64,000 bases of DNA from Candidatus Micrarchaeota archaeon (GCA_043812915.1 JBDRLQ010000003.1:1-64000), one strand, 5' to 3'. Numbered from the stretch's first letter, positions 8,671 through 18,417 are shown. The notes: generated by a model from the sequence alone, not told the origin. A program made the numbers and translations.

Positions 8671-10815
8671 TTATCTGTACATGCTTGCAGTAGTCGTCTT
8701 GAACTTCTGCACGCTCTCAAGATCCTCCTTCTTTATGCTCGGGATTATGGACTTGAACGAGAGCTCGAAATGCCTTGCCTTGACCTTCTTTACCCCTTCG
8801 CGGATGGCTGCCATTCCCGCCTCCCTTACGATATTCTCAATATCAGCCCCTGTCAGCCCGTCACTGAGTTTCGATAGGTCTGATAAGCTGACATCCTTAT
8901 CGAGGGGCATCTTCTTTGTGTGGATCTTGAATATCAGCATCCTTGCCTTCTCATCAGGCGGGGGAACCTCAAGCATCCTGTCGAACCTGCCGCCTCGCAT
9001 CAGCGCGGGGTCAAGGATGTCCGGCCTGTTTGTGGCCCCGATGACGACCACATTCTTCAGGCTGCGCAGCCCGTCCATCTCAGTTAGCATTGTATCGACG
9101 ATGCGCTCGGTGACCATGGTCCCGCCATCTCCGCTGCCTCTCCTCCTTGGGACAAGGGCGTCAATCTCATCTATGAACAGTATGCACGGGGCCGCCATCC
9201 TTGCCTTCCGGAAAATCTCCCGGACGGCCTTTTCGCTCTCGCCAACATATTTGCTGAGGACCTGTGCCCCGCTAATCAGGATGAAGTTGGATTCCGATTC
9301 AGTTGCAACGGCCTTTGCCAAGAGAGTCTTTCCTGTGCCTGGAGGGCCGTACATCAGTATGCCCTTTATCGGCCTGATTCCCATTTTCTCGAAAATCTCA
9401 GGCCTCTTTAGCGGAAGCTCCACCGCCTCTTGCAAATCCCTCTTGGTGGCATCAAGCCCGCCGATTTCATTCCATGAGACGCTCGGCCTGGAGACGAACA
9501 CCTCCCTGAGGGCGGATGGCTGGATTTCGGTCATGGCGTTGAAGAAGTCATCCCGGTTCACCCTCATGCTCTCAAGGGTTTCTTCGGATATTGTCTCATC
9601 CTCCATGTTCATGGTCGGCCAAACCCTCCTTAATGCCTTGATTGCTGCTTCCTTGGTAAGGAGAGACAAATCAGCGCCGGTATACCCGTGGGTGAGCCTT
9701 GCGAATTCCTCGACCTTGACGTCTTTCTCCAGAGGCATGTTCCGGACGTGGATGAAGAGGATTTCCTTCCTGTCCTGTGCGTTCGGGACACCGATTTCAA
9801 TCTCCCGATCGAACCTTCCTGGCCTTCTTAATGCCGGGTCGATACTGTCCGGTCTGTTTGTCGCGCCAATCACAATCACTTCGCCCCTGGCTTTCAGCCC
9901 GTCCATGGTTGTCAGCAATTGCGAGACCAGGCGCTTTTCAACCTCGCCCGTCACCTCCTCTCTCTTGGGCGCAATAGCGTCTATCTCGTCTATGAATATT
10001 ATCGATGGCGCGTTCTCCTGGGCTTCTGTGAACAGCTTGCGCAGCCTCTCCTCGCTCTCACCTACGTACTTGCTGATGATTTCAGGGCCTCCGACATAAT
10101 AGAAATTGGCGTCGCTCTCATTGGCAACGGCTTTTGCAAGCAGGGTCTTCCCTGTACCTGGGGACCCATATAGAAGAACGCCTTTTGGCGGGTCTATCCC
10201 AAGGCGCTCGAAGATCTCAGGATGCCTGAGCGGAAGCTCAATCATCTCCCGCACCTTCTGCATCTCGTCCTTGAGCCCCCCAACATCATCGTATGTGATG
10301 CTCGGGACATTGGTAACTTCCTTCACCTGTTCCTTCTTTATCCTAACTTCGGTGTTCTCAGTAATGGTGACCGGCCCCTGCGGCACGGTCTGCATGACGA
10401 CAAGCGGGATGGCGGTTCCGAATATCCCGACCGGAAGCAGGTTGCCCTTTAGCACCGGCTTGCCGATAAGCCTTTTCTTGATGTAGTCGTCGAATCCTAC
10501 GGAATATCTAATCGTCTCTTTTGGCGCCAGGACAATCTTCTTGGCCTCTTTGGCCTGGATAGCGTCAATGGTGACCTTTTCCCCAAGGCCGACCCCGACA
10601 TTCTGGCGGAGGATGCCATCCATCCTTATCATGTCAAGCCCTTCATCATCAGGATGCGCCTGCCATACTATCGCTAGCGCGGACTTCTTTCCCTTGAGCC
10701 TGATTGTGTCTCCTGTCGATACCTTCAGCTCATCCTTGGTCCGTGAGTCAATCCTGGCAATCCCCCTGCCGATATCATTCTGGAATGCTTCTGCAACTTT
10801 CAGGGATGTCGGCAT
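8671..10815 (-). CDS. cdc48: CDC48/VCP family AAA+ ATPase
   Basis: N-domain plus two AAA modules (GSPGTGKT, GPPGTGKT, IDEID, RRPGRFDRE). Confidence 0.98.
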   Translation of the reverse strand: MPTSLKVAEAFQNDIGRGIARIDSRTKDELKVSTGDTIRLKGKKSALAIVWQAHPDDEGLDMIRMDGILRQNVGVGLGEKVTIDAIQAKEAKKIVLAPKETIRYSVGFDDYIKKRLIGKPVLKGNLLPVGIFGTAIPLVVMQTVPQGPVTITENTEVRIKKEQVKEVTNVPSITYDDVGGLKDEMQKVREMIELPLRHPEIFERLGIDPPKGVLLYGSPGTGKTLLAKAVANESDANFYYVGGPEIISKYVGESEERLRKLFTEAQENAPSIIFIDEIDAIAPKREEVTGEVEKRLVSQLLTTMDGLKARGEVIVIGATNRPDSIDPALRRPGRFDREIEIGVPNAQDRKEILFIHVRNMPLEKDVKVEEFARLTHGYTGADLSLLTKEAAIKALRRVWPTMNMEDETISEETLESMRVNRDDFFNAMTEIQPSALREVFVSRPSVSWNEIGGLDATKRDLQEAVELPLKRPEIFEKMGIRPIKGILMYGPPGTGKTLLAKAVATESESNFILISGAQVLSKYVGESEKAVREIFRKARMAAPCILFIDEIDALVPRRRGSGDGGTMVTERIVDTMLTEMDGLRSLKNVVVIGATNRPDILDPALMRGGRFDRMLEVPPPDEKARMLIFKIHTKKMPLDKDVSLSDLSKLSDGLTGADIENIVREAGMAAIREGVKKVKARHFELSFKSIIPSIKKEDLESVQKFKTTTASMYR

Positions 10816-10819
10816 CAGG

Positions 10820-11788
10820 TCACCTTTCTATCAAGAGATGGCCGTCCTTTTCCTTCGCCTTGAGGGCCACACTGCTATTGAGCATGCTATCTTTTTTAAG
10901 TGTTGCAACTGTCTCGAGGGGAATATCATCCGCGACCTCAACATCTAGGAATTTCAGGGCGTTTTTCCGGTCAAGGACCGCATGCTTGCCGCCAACTGTT
11001 ACTAATAGCTCCCCATTCCTGCATTCAATCCGCTCGATGGCTCCAAGGAGCATTCCTTCCCTTCTGCGGCTAAGTATCCTCCCCTCGTTCGAGATGCCAA
11101 CTTCCCCGCCATTTGCCAGAGCGTTCTCAAGGATGATTTCGTCCCCGGCAGAAATGCCCGCGCCCCTCTCCACGCCCTCCCAGATGACGCACCTGATTTC
11201 CCTCTTTCCATCCGTTATGAAGAACGAGTATCCTTTCCTTGTCGGGGCGCAGCCGCGGATGAACCTGTCCCAGCCTTCGGTCCTTGTGACAACCCCCCGC
11301 ACATGCACATACTTCCCGCTCTCCAGCTCCCCCAAGTCGGTGAAGCCAGAACGCTCGTCCAGCCTGATGTCCCCGGAATGGCCCAGGTGCAGCTCACCCC
11401 CCCGCTCATAAGCCCCCAGGACAGTAATGCGGTCCCCTTTCCGGAGGCTTTTCCCCCTCTCAGCATCCTCGTTCCAGAGAATAAGCGGCATGACTCCGCT
11501 CTCATCCTCTATATCAACTACCCTTGAGCGCTTGCCCGAGGAATAGGTCGCTATGGGCCACACCCTCCTCACGTCAGCGCACACCGTTATCTTCCTCTGG
11601 CCCTTCTCAATCCCAGAAACCTTCACTGGCCCGTCATCCTTGTTCAGCAGCCCTTTCTCCTTGGCTATAAGCCTTATGGCCACCTCCCGTGTGAGCAGCC
11701 CGTGGAACTTCTCTATCCTCGAGGCGATTTCGTCCTCCAGCTCCTGCCTGCCGAGCAATCCGAGCAGGGAACTCTCAAGGTCCATCAT
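10820..11788 (-). CDS. OB-fold ssDNA-binding protein (RPA-like)
   Basis: N-terminal GLLTREVAIRLIA and two OB folds (IEDESGVM.LILW, ITDGKREIRCVIW). Confidence 0.8.
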   Translation of the reverse strand: MMDLESSLLGLLGRQELEDEIASRIEKFHGLLTREVAIRLIAKEKGLLNKDDGPVKVSGIEKGQRKITVCADVRRVWPIATYSSGKRSRVVDIEDESGVMPLILWNEDAERGKSLRKGDRITVLGAYERGGELHLGHSGDIRLDERSGFTDLGELESGKYVHVRGVVTRTEGWDRFIRGCAPTRKGYSFFITDGKREIRCVIWEGVERGAGISAGDEIILENALANGGEVGISNEGRILSRRREGMLLGAIERIECRNGELLVTVGGKHAVLDRKNALKFLDVEVADDIPLETVATLKKDSMLNSSVALKAKEKDGHLLIER

Positions 11789-11838
11789 TTCTTGGTATAT
11801 GCCCCCTCTTAAAATTCTTGAGGTTGGATATCTATACC

Positions 11839-12852
11839 ATGCGCTCTATGACGAACCTGGAATACTCAAGGACAGTGGAGGAGCTACAAGCATTGGTCGG
11901 GAAGCACTTCTCTAAGATTTCCCTTGCCGGCAGCGTCTACAGGATGAGAATCGGCTCCGCAAGCATTCTGTGCGAGCCGGGCGTGCGCCTGCACATTACA
12001 AAGTACCTGGAGAAAGAGACCACTCTGGACCCATTTTGCCAGAAGGTGCGCAGGGAGCTGGACAACGCTAGGCTCATTTCCGTTTCACAGGTGAATAATG
12101 ACCGCGTCATCCTCTTCGAATTCAGGGGGTGGAGCGTCTACTTCGAGATGTTCGGGAAGGGGAATATCATTCTTGTCCGGGATGGCAAGACTGTCGCGTC
12201 TGTCAAGCGCGAGAGTTGGGCGGACAGGGACATCAGGCCAGGGGTTCCATACCAGCCCCCGAAACCATCCGTCATAACCGAGCTGGGCCTGGCGCTCTCA
12301 GACCGGTATGTCGCGGCATCGCTGATGAAGCTGCCCCTTGGAAAGCCGTATGTCCATGAGATTCTTCTGCGCGCCAAGATAGATGAGAAGACTCCTGGCA
12401 ATGAGCTTTCCGCTTCGCAGAGGAAAAAGATTGAGTACGAAATCAAGAAGCTTACCAGCTCCCTTGAGCCCCTCTGCTTCTATCTGGATGATAAAGTGGC
12501 CGATTTCTCCCTTACGAGGCTCTCTGAATATGAGAATGCTAGGGTCGAATCCTTCCAGAGCCTTGGCGAGGCCGCGGACGAGTTCTATTTCGGCAATGCG
12601 CCTTCTGAGAATCCTGAGGTGGAAAAACTGCTCACAAGGCTTGAGAAGCAGAATGAGCGCCTCGGGAAGCTGAAAGCCGAGGAGCTTGAGAAAAAGGATA
12701 AGGGCGATTTCATATATGCCCACTACCAGGAAATCGAGGATGTGCTTGCCTGCGCAAAAAAAGCCGGCCTGGATGGATTGGAGAGAGAGCTATCAACATA
12801 CAAGGCAAAAGTGAATAAAAAGGAAAAAACAGTGGAGCTCGAGCTTCAGTAG
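11839..12852 (+). CDS. NFACT/Rqc2 (RqcH, FbpA-like) protein, N-terminal half only
   Basis: NFACT-N motifs Q.NNDRVI, EMFGKGNIILV, R.IRPG.PY.PP, an HhH region and F.SL.EA.DEFY, then a coiled coil; ends before NFACT-R. Confidence 0.85.
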   Translation: MRSMTNLEYSRTVEELQALVGKHFSKISLAGSVYRMRIGSASILCEPGVRLHITKYLEKETTLDPFCQKVRRELDNARLISVSQVNNDRVILFEFRGWSVYFEMFGKGNIILVRDGKTVASVKRESWADRDIRPGVPYQPPKPSVITELGLALSDRYVAASLMKLPLGKPYVHEILLRAKIDEKTPGNELSASQRKKIEYEIKKLTSSLEPLCFYLDDKVADFSLTRLSEYENARVESFQSLGEAADEFYFGNAPSENPEVEKLLTRLEKQNERLGKLKAEELEKKDKGDFIYAHYQEIEDVLACAKKAGLDGLERELSTYKAKVNKKEKTVELELQ

Positions 12853-13253
12853 CCCGTCTCCTGCGCGACCAGGTAGCTCTTCAGGAGGGCGCTCGCCCTC
12901 TTGGGCTTGTCCACCGCCACCGAAAGGACGGTCGTGTCCCCTCCTTTTGAGAGCATGTGCACATTGCCGATGGATATCCCCTCTGATGAGAGCATTCCTG
13001 TAACCTTGCTAAGTTCTCCCGGCTCATCCTTCAGTTTCACGACCACGCTGTTGGCCTCAGCTACCGTATATCCGGCAGACCCCAGGACGCTGCTTCCACG
13101 CTCCGCATCTGATAGGGCTAAACTTATGAGTGCCTTGCCGGAGATCACCTCAACCCCGATGGACTCAATGTTTACTTTTGCCTTTCCTAGAAGGTAGGAT
13201 ACATCTGCCAGCAGACCAACTTTGTCATCCGCTACTAGGGTTATGGTTTTCAT
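12846..13253 (-). CDS. Tandem ACT-domain protein
   Basis: DKVGLLADVS..LG...VNIESI and DEPGELSKV...L...GI.I. Confidence 0.9.
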   Translation of the reverse strand: MKTITLVADDKVGLLADVSYLLGKAKVNIESIGVEVISGKALISLALSDAERGSSVLGSAGYTVAEANSVVVKLKDEPGELSKVTGMLSSEGISIGNVHMLSKGGDTTVLSVAVDKPKRASALLKSYLVAQETGY

Positions 13254-13274
13254 CGATATTACCTCATTTATTTC

Positions 13275-13676
13275 TTAAGGCTCTCCGGCCACCAGGTAGT
13301 CCCTTAGGATATTGCCGGCCCTCTTGGGCTTGTCCACGGTCACCGAAAGCACAGTCTCCTTGCCGTTCTTTGAGAGCATATGGACGTTCTCGATGTTCAC
13401 GCCCTCGGTAGAGAGCATATTGGTCACTTTTCCAAGTTCCCCTGGCTCATCATTCAGCCTGACGACCACGCTGTTCAGCGCGGCGACCTTGTATCCAGAT
13501 GCCTCAAGGACCTCCTTGCCCCTTAGTGCGTCTGAGAGCGACAATACGATAATCGACTTGTCAGACACTACATCGCCGTTTATTGCCTCTATGTTCACCC
13601 TTGCCTTTCCGAGGACATAGGATATGTCTGCTAACAGACCTACTTTGTCATCGGCTACAATGGTAATTGTTTTCAT
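13275..13676 (-). CDS. Tandem ACT-domain protein (close paralog of the adjacent gene)
   Basis: Same two ACT motifs; colinear with 12846..13253. Confidence 0.9.
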   Translation of the reverse strand: MKTITIVADDKVGLLADISYVLGKARVNIEAINGDVVSDKSIIVLSLSDALRGKEVLEASGYKVAALNSVVVRLNDEPGELGKVTNMLSTEGVNIENVHMLSKNGKETVLSVTVDKPKRAGNILRDYLVAGEP

Positions 13677-13990
13677 ACACTCTCACCTCCCCCAATTCTG
13701 TATAATTGTATATATGGAATAGTATTTATATATGTTACATCATCATCTTTTGCCAATTTCATGTTCAGTGCCACATCAACCGCTTTCTCTCCGACGAGGT
13801 TTGCAGAGCTAAATTTTCCCAGAGCTTTCTTCACCTCGTCTTTGGAAGCGATTTCCCCCACATAAAAGCCCCTGTAGGTATCGAGGTCCAGAAACACGTC
13901 TCCCTCCTCGAGCACCCTGCCTATCAGCTCCCTGTCGCAGACGGCGACTATTTTGCCTTCACTTCTTTTGTGGACCTTCAAGTACATCAT
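13673..13990 (-). CDS. DUF424 family protein
   Basis: IVAVCDRELIG, FY.GE, SANLVGEKAV and IPYIQ motifs. Confidence 0.85.
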   Translation of the reverse strand: MMYLKVHKRSEGKIVAVCDRELIGRVLEEGDVFLDLDTYRGFYVGEIASKDEVKKALGKFSSANLVGEKAVDVALNMKLAKDDDVTYINTIPYIQLYRIGGGESV

Positions 13991-14036
13991 AAACTATTCA
14001 CCTCCAGAGGTTAAAAAGGAGTGTATCAGAATGTCT

Positions 14037-14708
14037 TCAAATTATTCCGGCCAACGCGTTGATCACTGGCAGGCTGAGCATGATTACAATAAGGAAGAAT
14101 AGCAGTATGTTGACCAGCCTTATTGTCCCGAACGCCTCCTGCATGCTTGTTCGGAGCGAGCTTAGCGCCGCCTTCTGGTTTGCTATATCCCCTCTTATTG
14201 AGGAAACCCCGCTGCCAAGCTCTACGATTCCCTCGCTGTGGCCGGATACTGAGTCCCCTACCTCCTTCAGCCCTGCCGCCGAATCCTTGAGGTCATCCCC
14301 TGATCGGCTGAGCGCGTCCCCGTATTCTGAGAAATCCGAGCCGAGTATGGAAAGGGATCCGATGTCCTGGCCCATGGCACCTATGGTGTCTCCTGCAACC
14401 TCAATCCCGTCCGCGAGGGAGTCCACCGAGCCGTCTATTGTCGCGAGGCTGCCCTCCATGCTGGAGAGCTCATTCTCTGTTGTTAGCATCATGCCTTCCA
14501 GCTCATCAAGGGTCTTCTGGGCGGAGTCCAGGTTCGCTAGCGTTGAGCCTTCCAGCTTGTCCAGCGTGTCATTGACAACGAATACCAGGATGAGGGCAAT
14601 GAATATCCCGACGCCCCCAATTACTGCGGCGAGGGCATGCAGGGGCTTCTTGAACGGCCTGAGGCTCTCGGAAATCTCATCCAGGCCCTCGGGCTCTTTC
14701 TTTGCCAT
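14037..14708 (-). CDS. Two-TM membrane protein with a long acidic coiled-coil loop
   Basis: Hydrophobic segments near both termini flank about 150 aa of heptad-patterned S/D/E/L-rich sequence. Confidence 0.7.
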   Translation of the reverse strand: MAKKEPEGLDEISESLRPFKKPLHALAAVIGGVGIFIALILVFVVNDTLDKLEGSTLANLDSAQKTLDELEGMMLTTENELSSMEGSLATIDGSVDSLADGIEVAGDTIGAMGQDIGSLSILGSDFSEYGDALSRSGDDLKDSAAGLKEVGDSVSGHSEGIVELGSGVSSIRGDIANQKAALSSLRTSMQEAFGTIRLVNILLFFLIVIMLSLPVINALAGII

Positions 14709-14813
14709 ATGAAATGGAACGGTTCTGCAATTTATAAATTTTAGTGATGGCGCAGCAGGATGGAATAAAAGAGTATTCTATCAATCTATCCATTCGCAGG
14801 ACTGCATATCTAT

Positions 14814-14938
14814 GCAGGAGTGGCGGAGCGGTCAAACGCGACAGACTCAAGATCAATTGCGTTTTGTTCTCATGCTGAACGCGGCGTGGGAAATCTGTTG
14901 GCTTAGCGTCTACGAAGGTTCGAATCCTTCCTCCTGCA
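14814..14938 (+). tRNA. tRNA-Leu(CAA) with a 41-nt intron at 37/38 (14852..14892)
   Basis: GCAGGAG/CTCCTGC with A73, anticodon arm ACAGA-CT-CAA-G[intron]A-TCTGT, long variable arm, GAAGG-TTCGAAT-CCTTC. BHB helix CTCA/TGGG. Confidence 0.94.
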
Positions 14939-15292
14939 TTCAGATCTGCTCTGAGTTCCTAAACTCGGCGGAACTCAGATCAGGTCTCAGTTCCTTACCA
15001 GGTGCTTTGTAATCAGGTCTGAGTTCAGACCTAGCCATCCGCCGCTCTGGCTCTGAACAAGGTACTATTTAAGCTCTGCTCTGAATGGCTCTCGTCAATC
15101 ATCTGGCACAATACTTCTCCAGAGGTCAAAAAGCATTGTGTTCTGCCTATTTTGTTTTTATAAAGAAACACAATACAAACACAATGAATCGGGCGTTCTG
15201 AGGCCTCAGAACACAATGAAACAAGAGTTTTGGCCCCCCTCAGTATTGTGGAGAGTTCTATTGTCCCTAAGCAAGAGATAATTTACGTAAAA

Positions 15293-15396
15293 AGGTAAGA
15301 ATTATGCTATTTTTCTTACCTAAAAAAGCAAGTTTAAAACAGCATTTTACAAAATGATATGCATTTTATTAATTTAATTTACATAAATGCATATCA
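15293..15396. repeat. Two inverted repeats in the AT-rich region upstream of the ATPase
   Basis: AGGTAAGAA(15293-15301)/TTCTTACCT(15313-15321) and TGATATGCATTT(15355-15366)/AAATGCATATCA(15385-15396). Confidence 0.75.
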
Positions 15397-15457
15397 AAAT
15401 ATGAAATAAATTTACTAAAATGCACATATTTAAAAACCTAAATGATGAAATACTGGT

Positions 15458-16651
15458 ATGGAAGAGGAGATAGTCGAACTTAACAACATAGCAAAAGGGG
15501 AAGGAAAAAGATACACAAAGAAGAGATTCGTACACGACAGAATAACTAGCATTTTAACTGAGCGTGAGCATACTGCTCTTGTTGGCCCGAGAGGCGCTGG
15601 AAAGACAGTTCTATTGAAACAACTCCTGACTGAAACTGAAAATAGCTTTTACATCTCCTTAGATTCTGCTAAACTTGATAGGAGCTTATTTGAACTGGCC
15701 AAAGAGCTGTCTGATTCCGGGATAAAGATCTTACTTCTTGATGAGATACACGGCTATCCAGGCTATGACGTTGAACTCAAGAAAATTTATGATTTCTTGA
15801 GAATCAAAGTTGTTTTGACCAGTTCTTCTGCAGTAATGCTTCATGAATTGGCAGCGGACCTATCAAGAAGAATGAGAATCATAAAAATCTGGCCGTTTTC
15901 TTTGAGAGAATATCTGTTCTTCAAGAAAGATGAACAGCTTGAACCCTTTCAATTTGGGAATATGTTCGACCAGACTGCATGTCGCGAATATTATGGAAAA
16001 ACAATGCAGCTAGAACCGGATTTCAAGGAATACTTGCAATCTGGGAATTATCCCTTGACTCTCAGTAGGAATGATGTTTTGCCATTATTCAAAACAATGC
16101 TCGAAACAGTAATTAACAAAGATCTGATCAGGACTGGAAAAATAACGCATGATGAAACACTAGACATATCTAGGTTGGTGGCCTTTTTGGGTAAGTCGCC
16201 TCCAGAAGACATGAACTATTCGTCCATTGCAAGGAATATTGGTATAAGCAGATATTTGGCTGAAAAATACCTTGAACTATTAGAGAAAGCATTCGTGATC
16301 CATAGAGTCATGCCCAAAGGCCATGGAGTAATGAAAGAGCCAAAAATTCTAATGGCACTACCTTATCGCTTACTCTACCGTCAGTATAATGAGTGCGTTG
16401 GAGCATTGCGGGAGGATTTTTTCGTTGATTCATTTTTGAGATTGGGATTCGACCTGAGATACCTTAAGACCAACAGGGGAAAGAAAACTCCAGATTATAT
16501 CATTGATGATACCGTCTTTGAAGTGGGAGGTCAAACTAAAGGACACTCCCAATTCAAGGGATTTGAAATGAAAAAGAAGATAATATTCACGCAGCCAGGC
16601 ATGTTGGATAAAATACGGAGACCTTTGTTTTTTGCTGGTATGATTGAGTAA
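15458..16651 (+). CDS. AAA_14/DUF4143-type ATP-binding protein
   Basis: Walker A GPRGAGKT, Walker B LLLDEIH, TSSS, GNYP, HTH-like YSSIARNIGIS...EKYLELLE and C-terminal PD(Y)...FEV nuclease-like tail. Confidence 0.88.
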   Translation: MEEEIVELNNIAKGEGKRYTKKRFVHDRITSILTEREHTALVGPRGAGKTVLLKQLLTETENSFYISLDSAKLDRSLFELAKELSDSGIKILLLDEIHGYPGYDVELKKIYDFLRIKVVLTSSSAVMLHELAADLSRRMRIIKIWPFSLREYLFFKKDEQLEPFQFGNMFDQTACREYYGKTMQLEPDFKEYLQSGNYPLTLSRNDVLPLFKTMLETVINKDLIRTGKITHDETLDISRLVAFLGKSPPEDMNYSSIARNIGISRYLAEKYLELLEKAFVIHRVMPKGHGVMKEPKILMALPYRLLYRQYNECVGALREDFFVDSFLRLGFDLRYLKTNRGKKTPDYIIDDTVFEVGGQTKGHSQFKGFEMKKKIIFTQPGMLDKIRRPLFFAGMIE

Positions 16652-16740
16652 ACCGGCTCTGAATGAGGCTCTATTTAATCCCTGCTCCTAAAACACCGAG
16701 TTAGGGGGATATAAAAACATATCTATATATATTCTATAAC

Positions 16741-18417
16741 ATGACTGGAGATCAAAGCCTTGCATCTCAAAGACAAATTTATAGACGACTCATGCTACAG
16801 AAGGCAGTGGATCTGTCCAAAGAACATGGAGGCCTCAGAAAAATTCCTGCAAAAATACTCGAAGAAAATGGAATTGGTTTGAGCGTAAAGAAAGGGACGG
16901 TCCGAGTATTAATACGACTCCCCGGAACTGAAATCATGGAAAAGCGGATTGCCCAGTTTCAGCCTGTTGAAAATCCTGCGCAAAAAGAACTGGAATCTTT
17001 CAAGCTTTCTCCAGAACCGCCCCCTCGCGCAGTAGCCCAAAGGCCAGCAACAATGGAGGATTTCTGGATTGAACAGGGCTGGTATAAATTAGATAAGAAT
17101 GGTTGGAGGCTAATAAGGGCTAAGTGGAAAGAACGTGATGACGTAAGGGCAGAGGCCATAAGGTTTATGGTGGATAGGGTTTTACAGAAAGATCCTAGAG
17201 AGGTTACTCAAGAAGATTTCAATTCGAATAGACTTGGTGGTCTTCTTGTAGGGTATTTCTCTAGTAGTCCCCACGCTGCAATATCAGAAGCATATCCAAA
17301 GCTTGATATTAAACCATGGGAAATGGCAAATACCCCTTTAGGCTTTTTTGGAGAAAAGGAAAATCGGGTGGCCGCGATAAGATGGCTTGTAGAAAAACTT
17401 CAGAAGAATCCGAGGGATATCTGTTATGATGATTTTATATCGAATAGACTGAGAGGACTGATCGTAACTTGCGGGGAAAGCGCATATCAAGCGATATGTG
17501 AAGCCTATCCTGAGCAAGCGATAAAACCCTGGGAAATGGCAGCTACCCCGAGAGGATTCTACGAAGAAGAAGGGAACAGGATCCTTGCAGTGAAGTGGCT
17601 TATAGAAAAACTTGGGAAGGACGTAAGAGAGATCACCGGAACCGACTTCAGTTCTAACAGATTGGGTGGATTGATTGCAATCTATTTTGGGTCCAGTCCG
17701 TATAATGCAATATGTGCGACATCCCCAAATCCTGAATTGCATCCTTGGGAGATGGCAGCTACTCCCAGAGGATTCTATGAAAAGAAGAAAAACCGGGTTG
17801 CTGCTGTGAGGTGGCTCGCAGAAAAATTGAATAAAGATCCGCAAAATCTTCTTAGGTCAGATTTTGACACGAATGGGCTGGGTGGCCTTTTGGTTGGCCA
17901 TTATTTGGGTAGTCCTTTCGAAGCTATTTCCGAAGCATTCACTGAGTTGAATATCAAACCATGGGAGCGGGGAGTAACGCGTAGGGGCCATTTCCAGGAG
18001 AAAGAAAATCGCACCAATGCAGTGAAATGGTTGATTGAGAGAATCGGCAAGGATCCAAGGGATGTGGGTGTAGATGATTTCCACTCAAATGGGCTTACTG
18101 GCCTTCTTGAACATTATGGTAGTAGTCCTTATGCTGCAATCTCAGAAGCATTCCCTGAGTTGGAATTGAATCCCTGGGAGATGTTACACACCCCCACTAA
18201 GTTTTTCAATGAACAAGAGAATCGGATTGCCGCTGTGAAATGGCTGGTTGACAAATTGGGGAAGGATCCTAGGGATGTTACTCAGCAGGATTTCATTTCC
18301 AATAGATTATCTGGTCTTTTATCGAATCACTATAATCACAGTCCTTATGAAGCTCTTCTGGATTCAGGACTCGTAGAAGAAAGAGATGAACGATATATGA
18401 GGACACGTAACAGATGA
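16741..18417 (+). CDS. Protein with six ~72-aa tandem repeats (DUF4046-like PWE repeat)
   Basis: Repeat consensus F..E.ENR..AV.WL.EKL.KDPR.....DF.SN.L.GL...Y..SPY.AI.EA.P...I.PWEM..TP.G. Confidence 0.85.
   Translation: MTGDQSLASQRQIYRRLMLQKAVDLSKEHGGLRKIPAKILEENGIGLSVKKGTVRVLIRLPGTEIMEKRIAQFQPVENPAQKELESFKLSPEPPPRAVAQRPATMEDFWIEQGWYKLDKNGWRLIRAKWKERDDVRAEAIRFMVDRVLQKDPREVTQEDFNSNRLGGLLVGYFSSSPHAAISEAYPKLDIKPWEMANTPLGFFGEKENRVAAIRWLVEKLQKNPRDICYDDFISNRLRGLIVTCGESAYQAICEAYPEQAIKPWEMAATPRGFYEEEGNRILAVKWLIEKLGKDVREITGTDFSSNRLGGLIAIYFGSSPYNAICATSPNPELHPWEMAATPRGFYEKKKNRVAAVRWLAEKLNKDPQNLLRSDFDTNGLGGLLVGHYLGSPFEAISEAFTELNIKPWERGVTRRGHFQEKENRTNAVKWLIERIGKDPRDVGVDDFHSNGLTGLLEHYGSSPYAAISEAFPELELNPWEMLHTPTKFFNEQENRIAAVKWLVDKLGKDPRDVTQQDFISNRLSGLLSNHYNHSPYEALLDSGLVEERDERYMRTRNR

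Noticed and set aside
8681..10099. 472-aa antisense ORF (also 18934..19803, 38087..38815, 50354..51157 and similar)
   Set aside because: Shadow frames of well-supported genes; no motifs of their own.
14812..15012. 66-aa ORF
   Set aside because: Lies over the tRNA-Leu gene.
14941..15030. Short repeats after tRNA-Leu as a CRISPR array
   Set aside because: Units are about 9 nt, in mixed orientation and irregularly spaced; no cas genes are present.
15031..15216. 61-aa minus-strand ORF
   Set aside because: Covers the repeat-rich tract, with no RBS or motif support.
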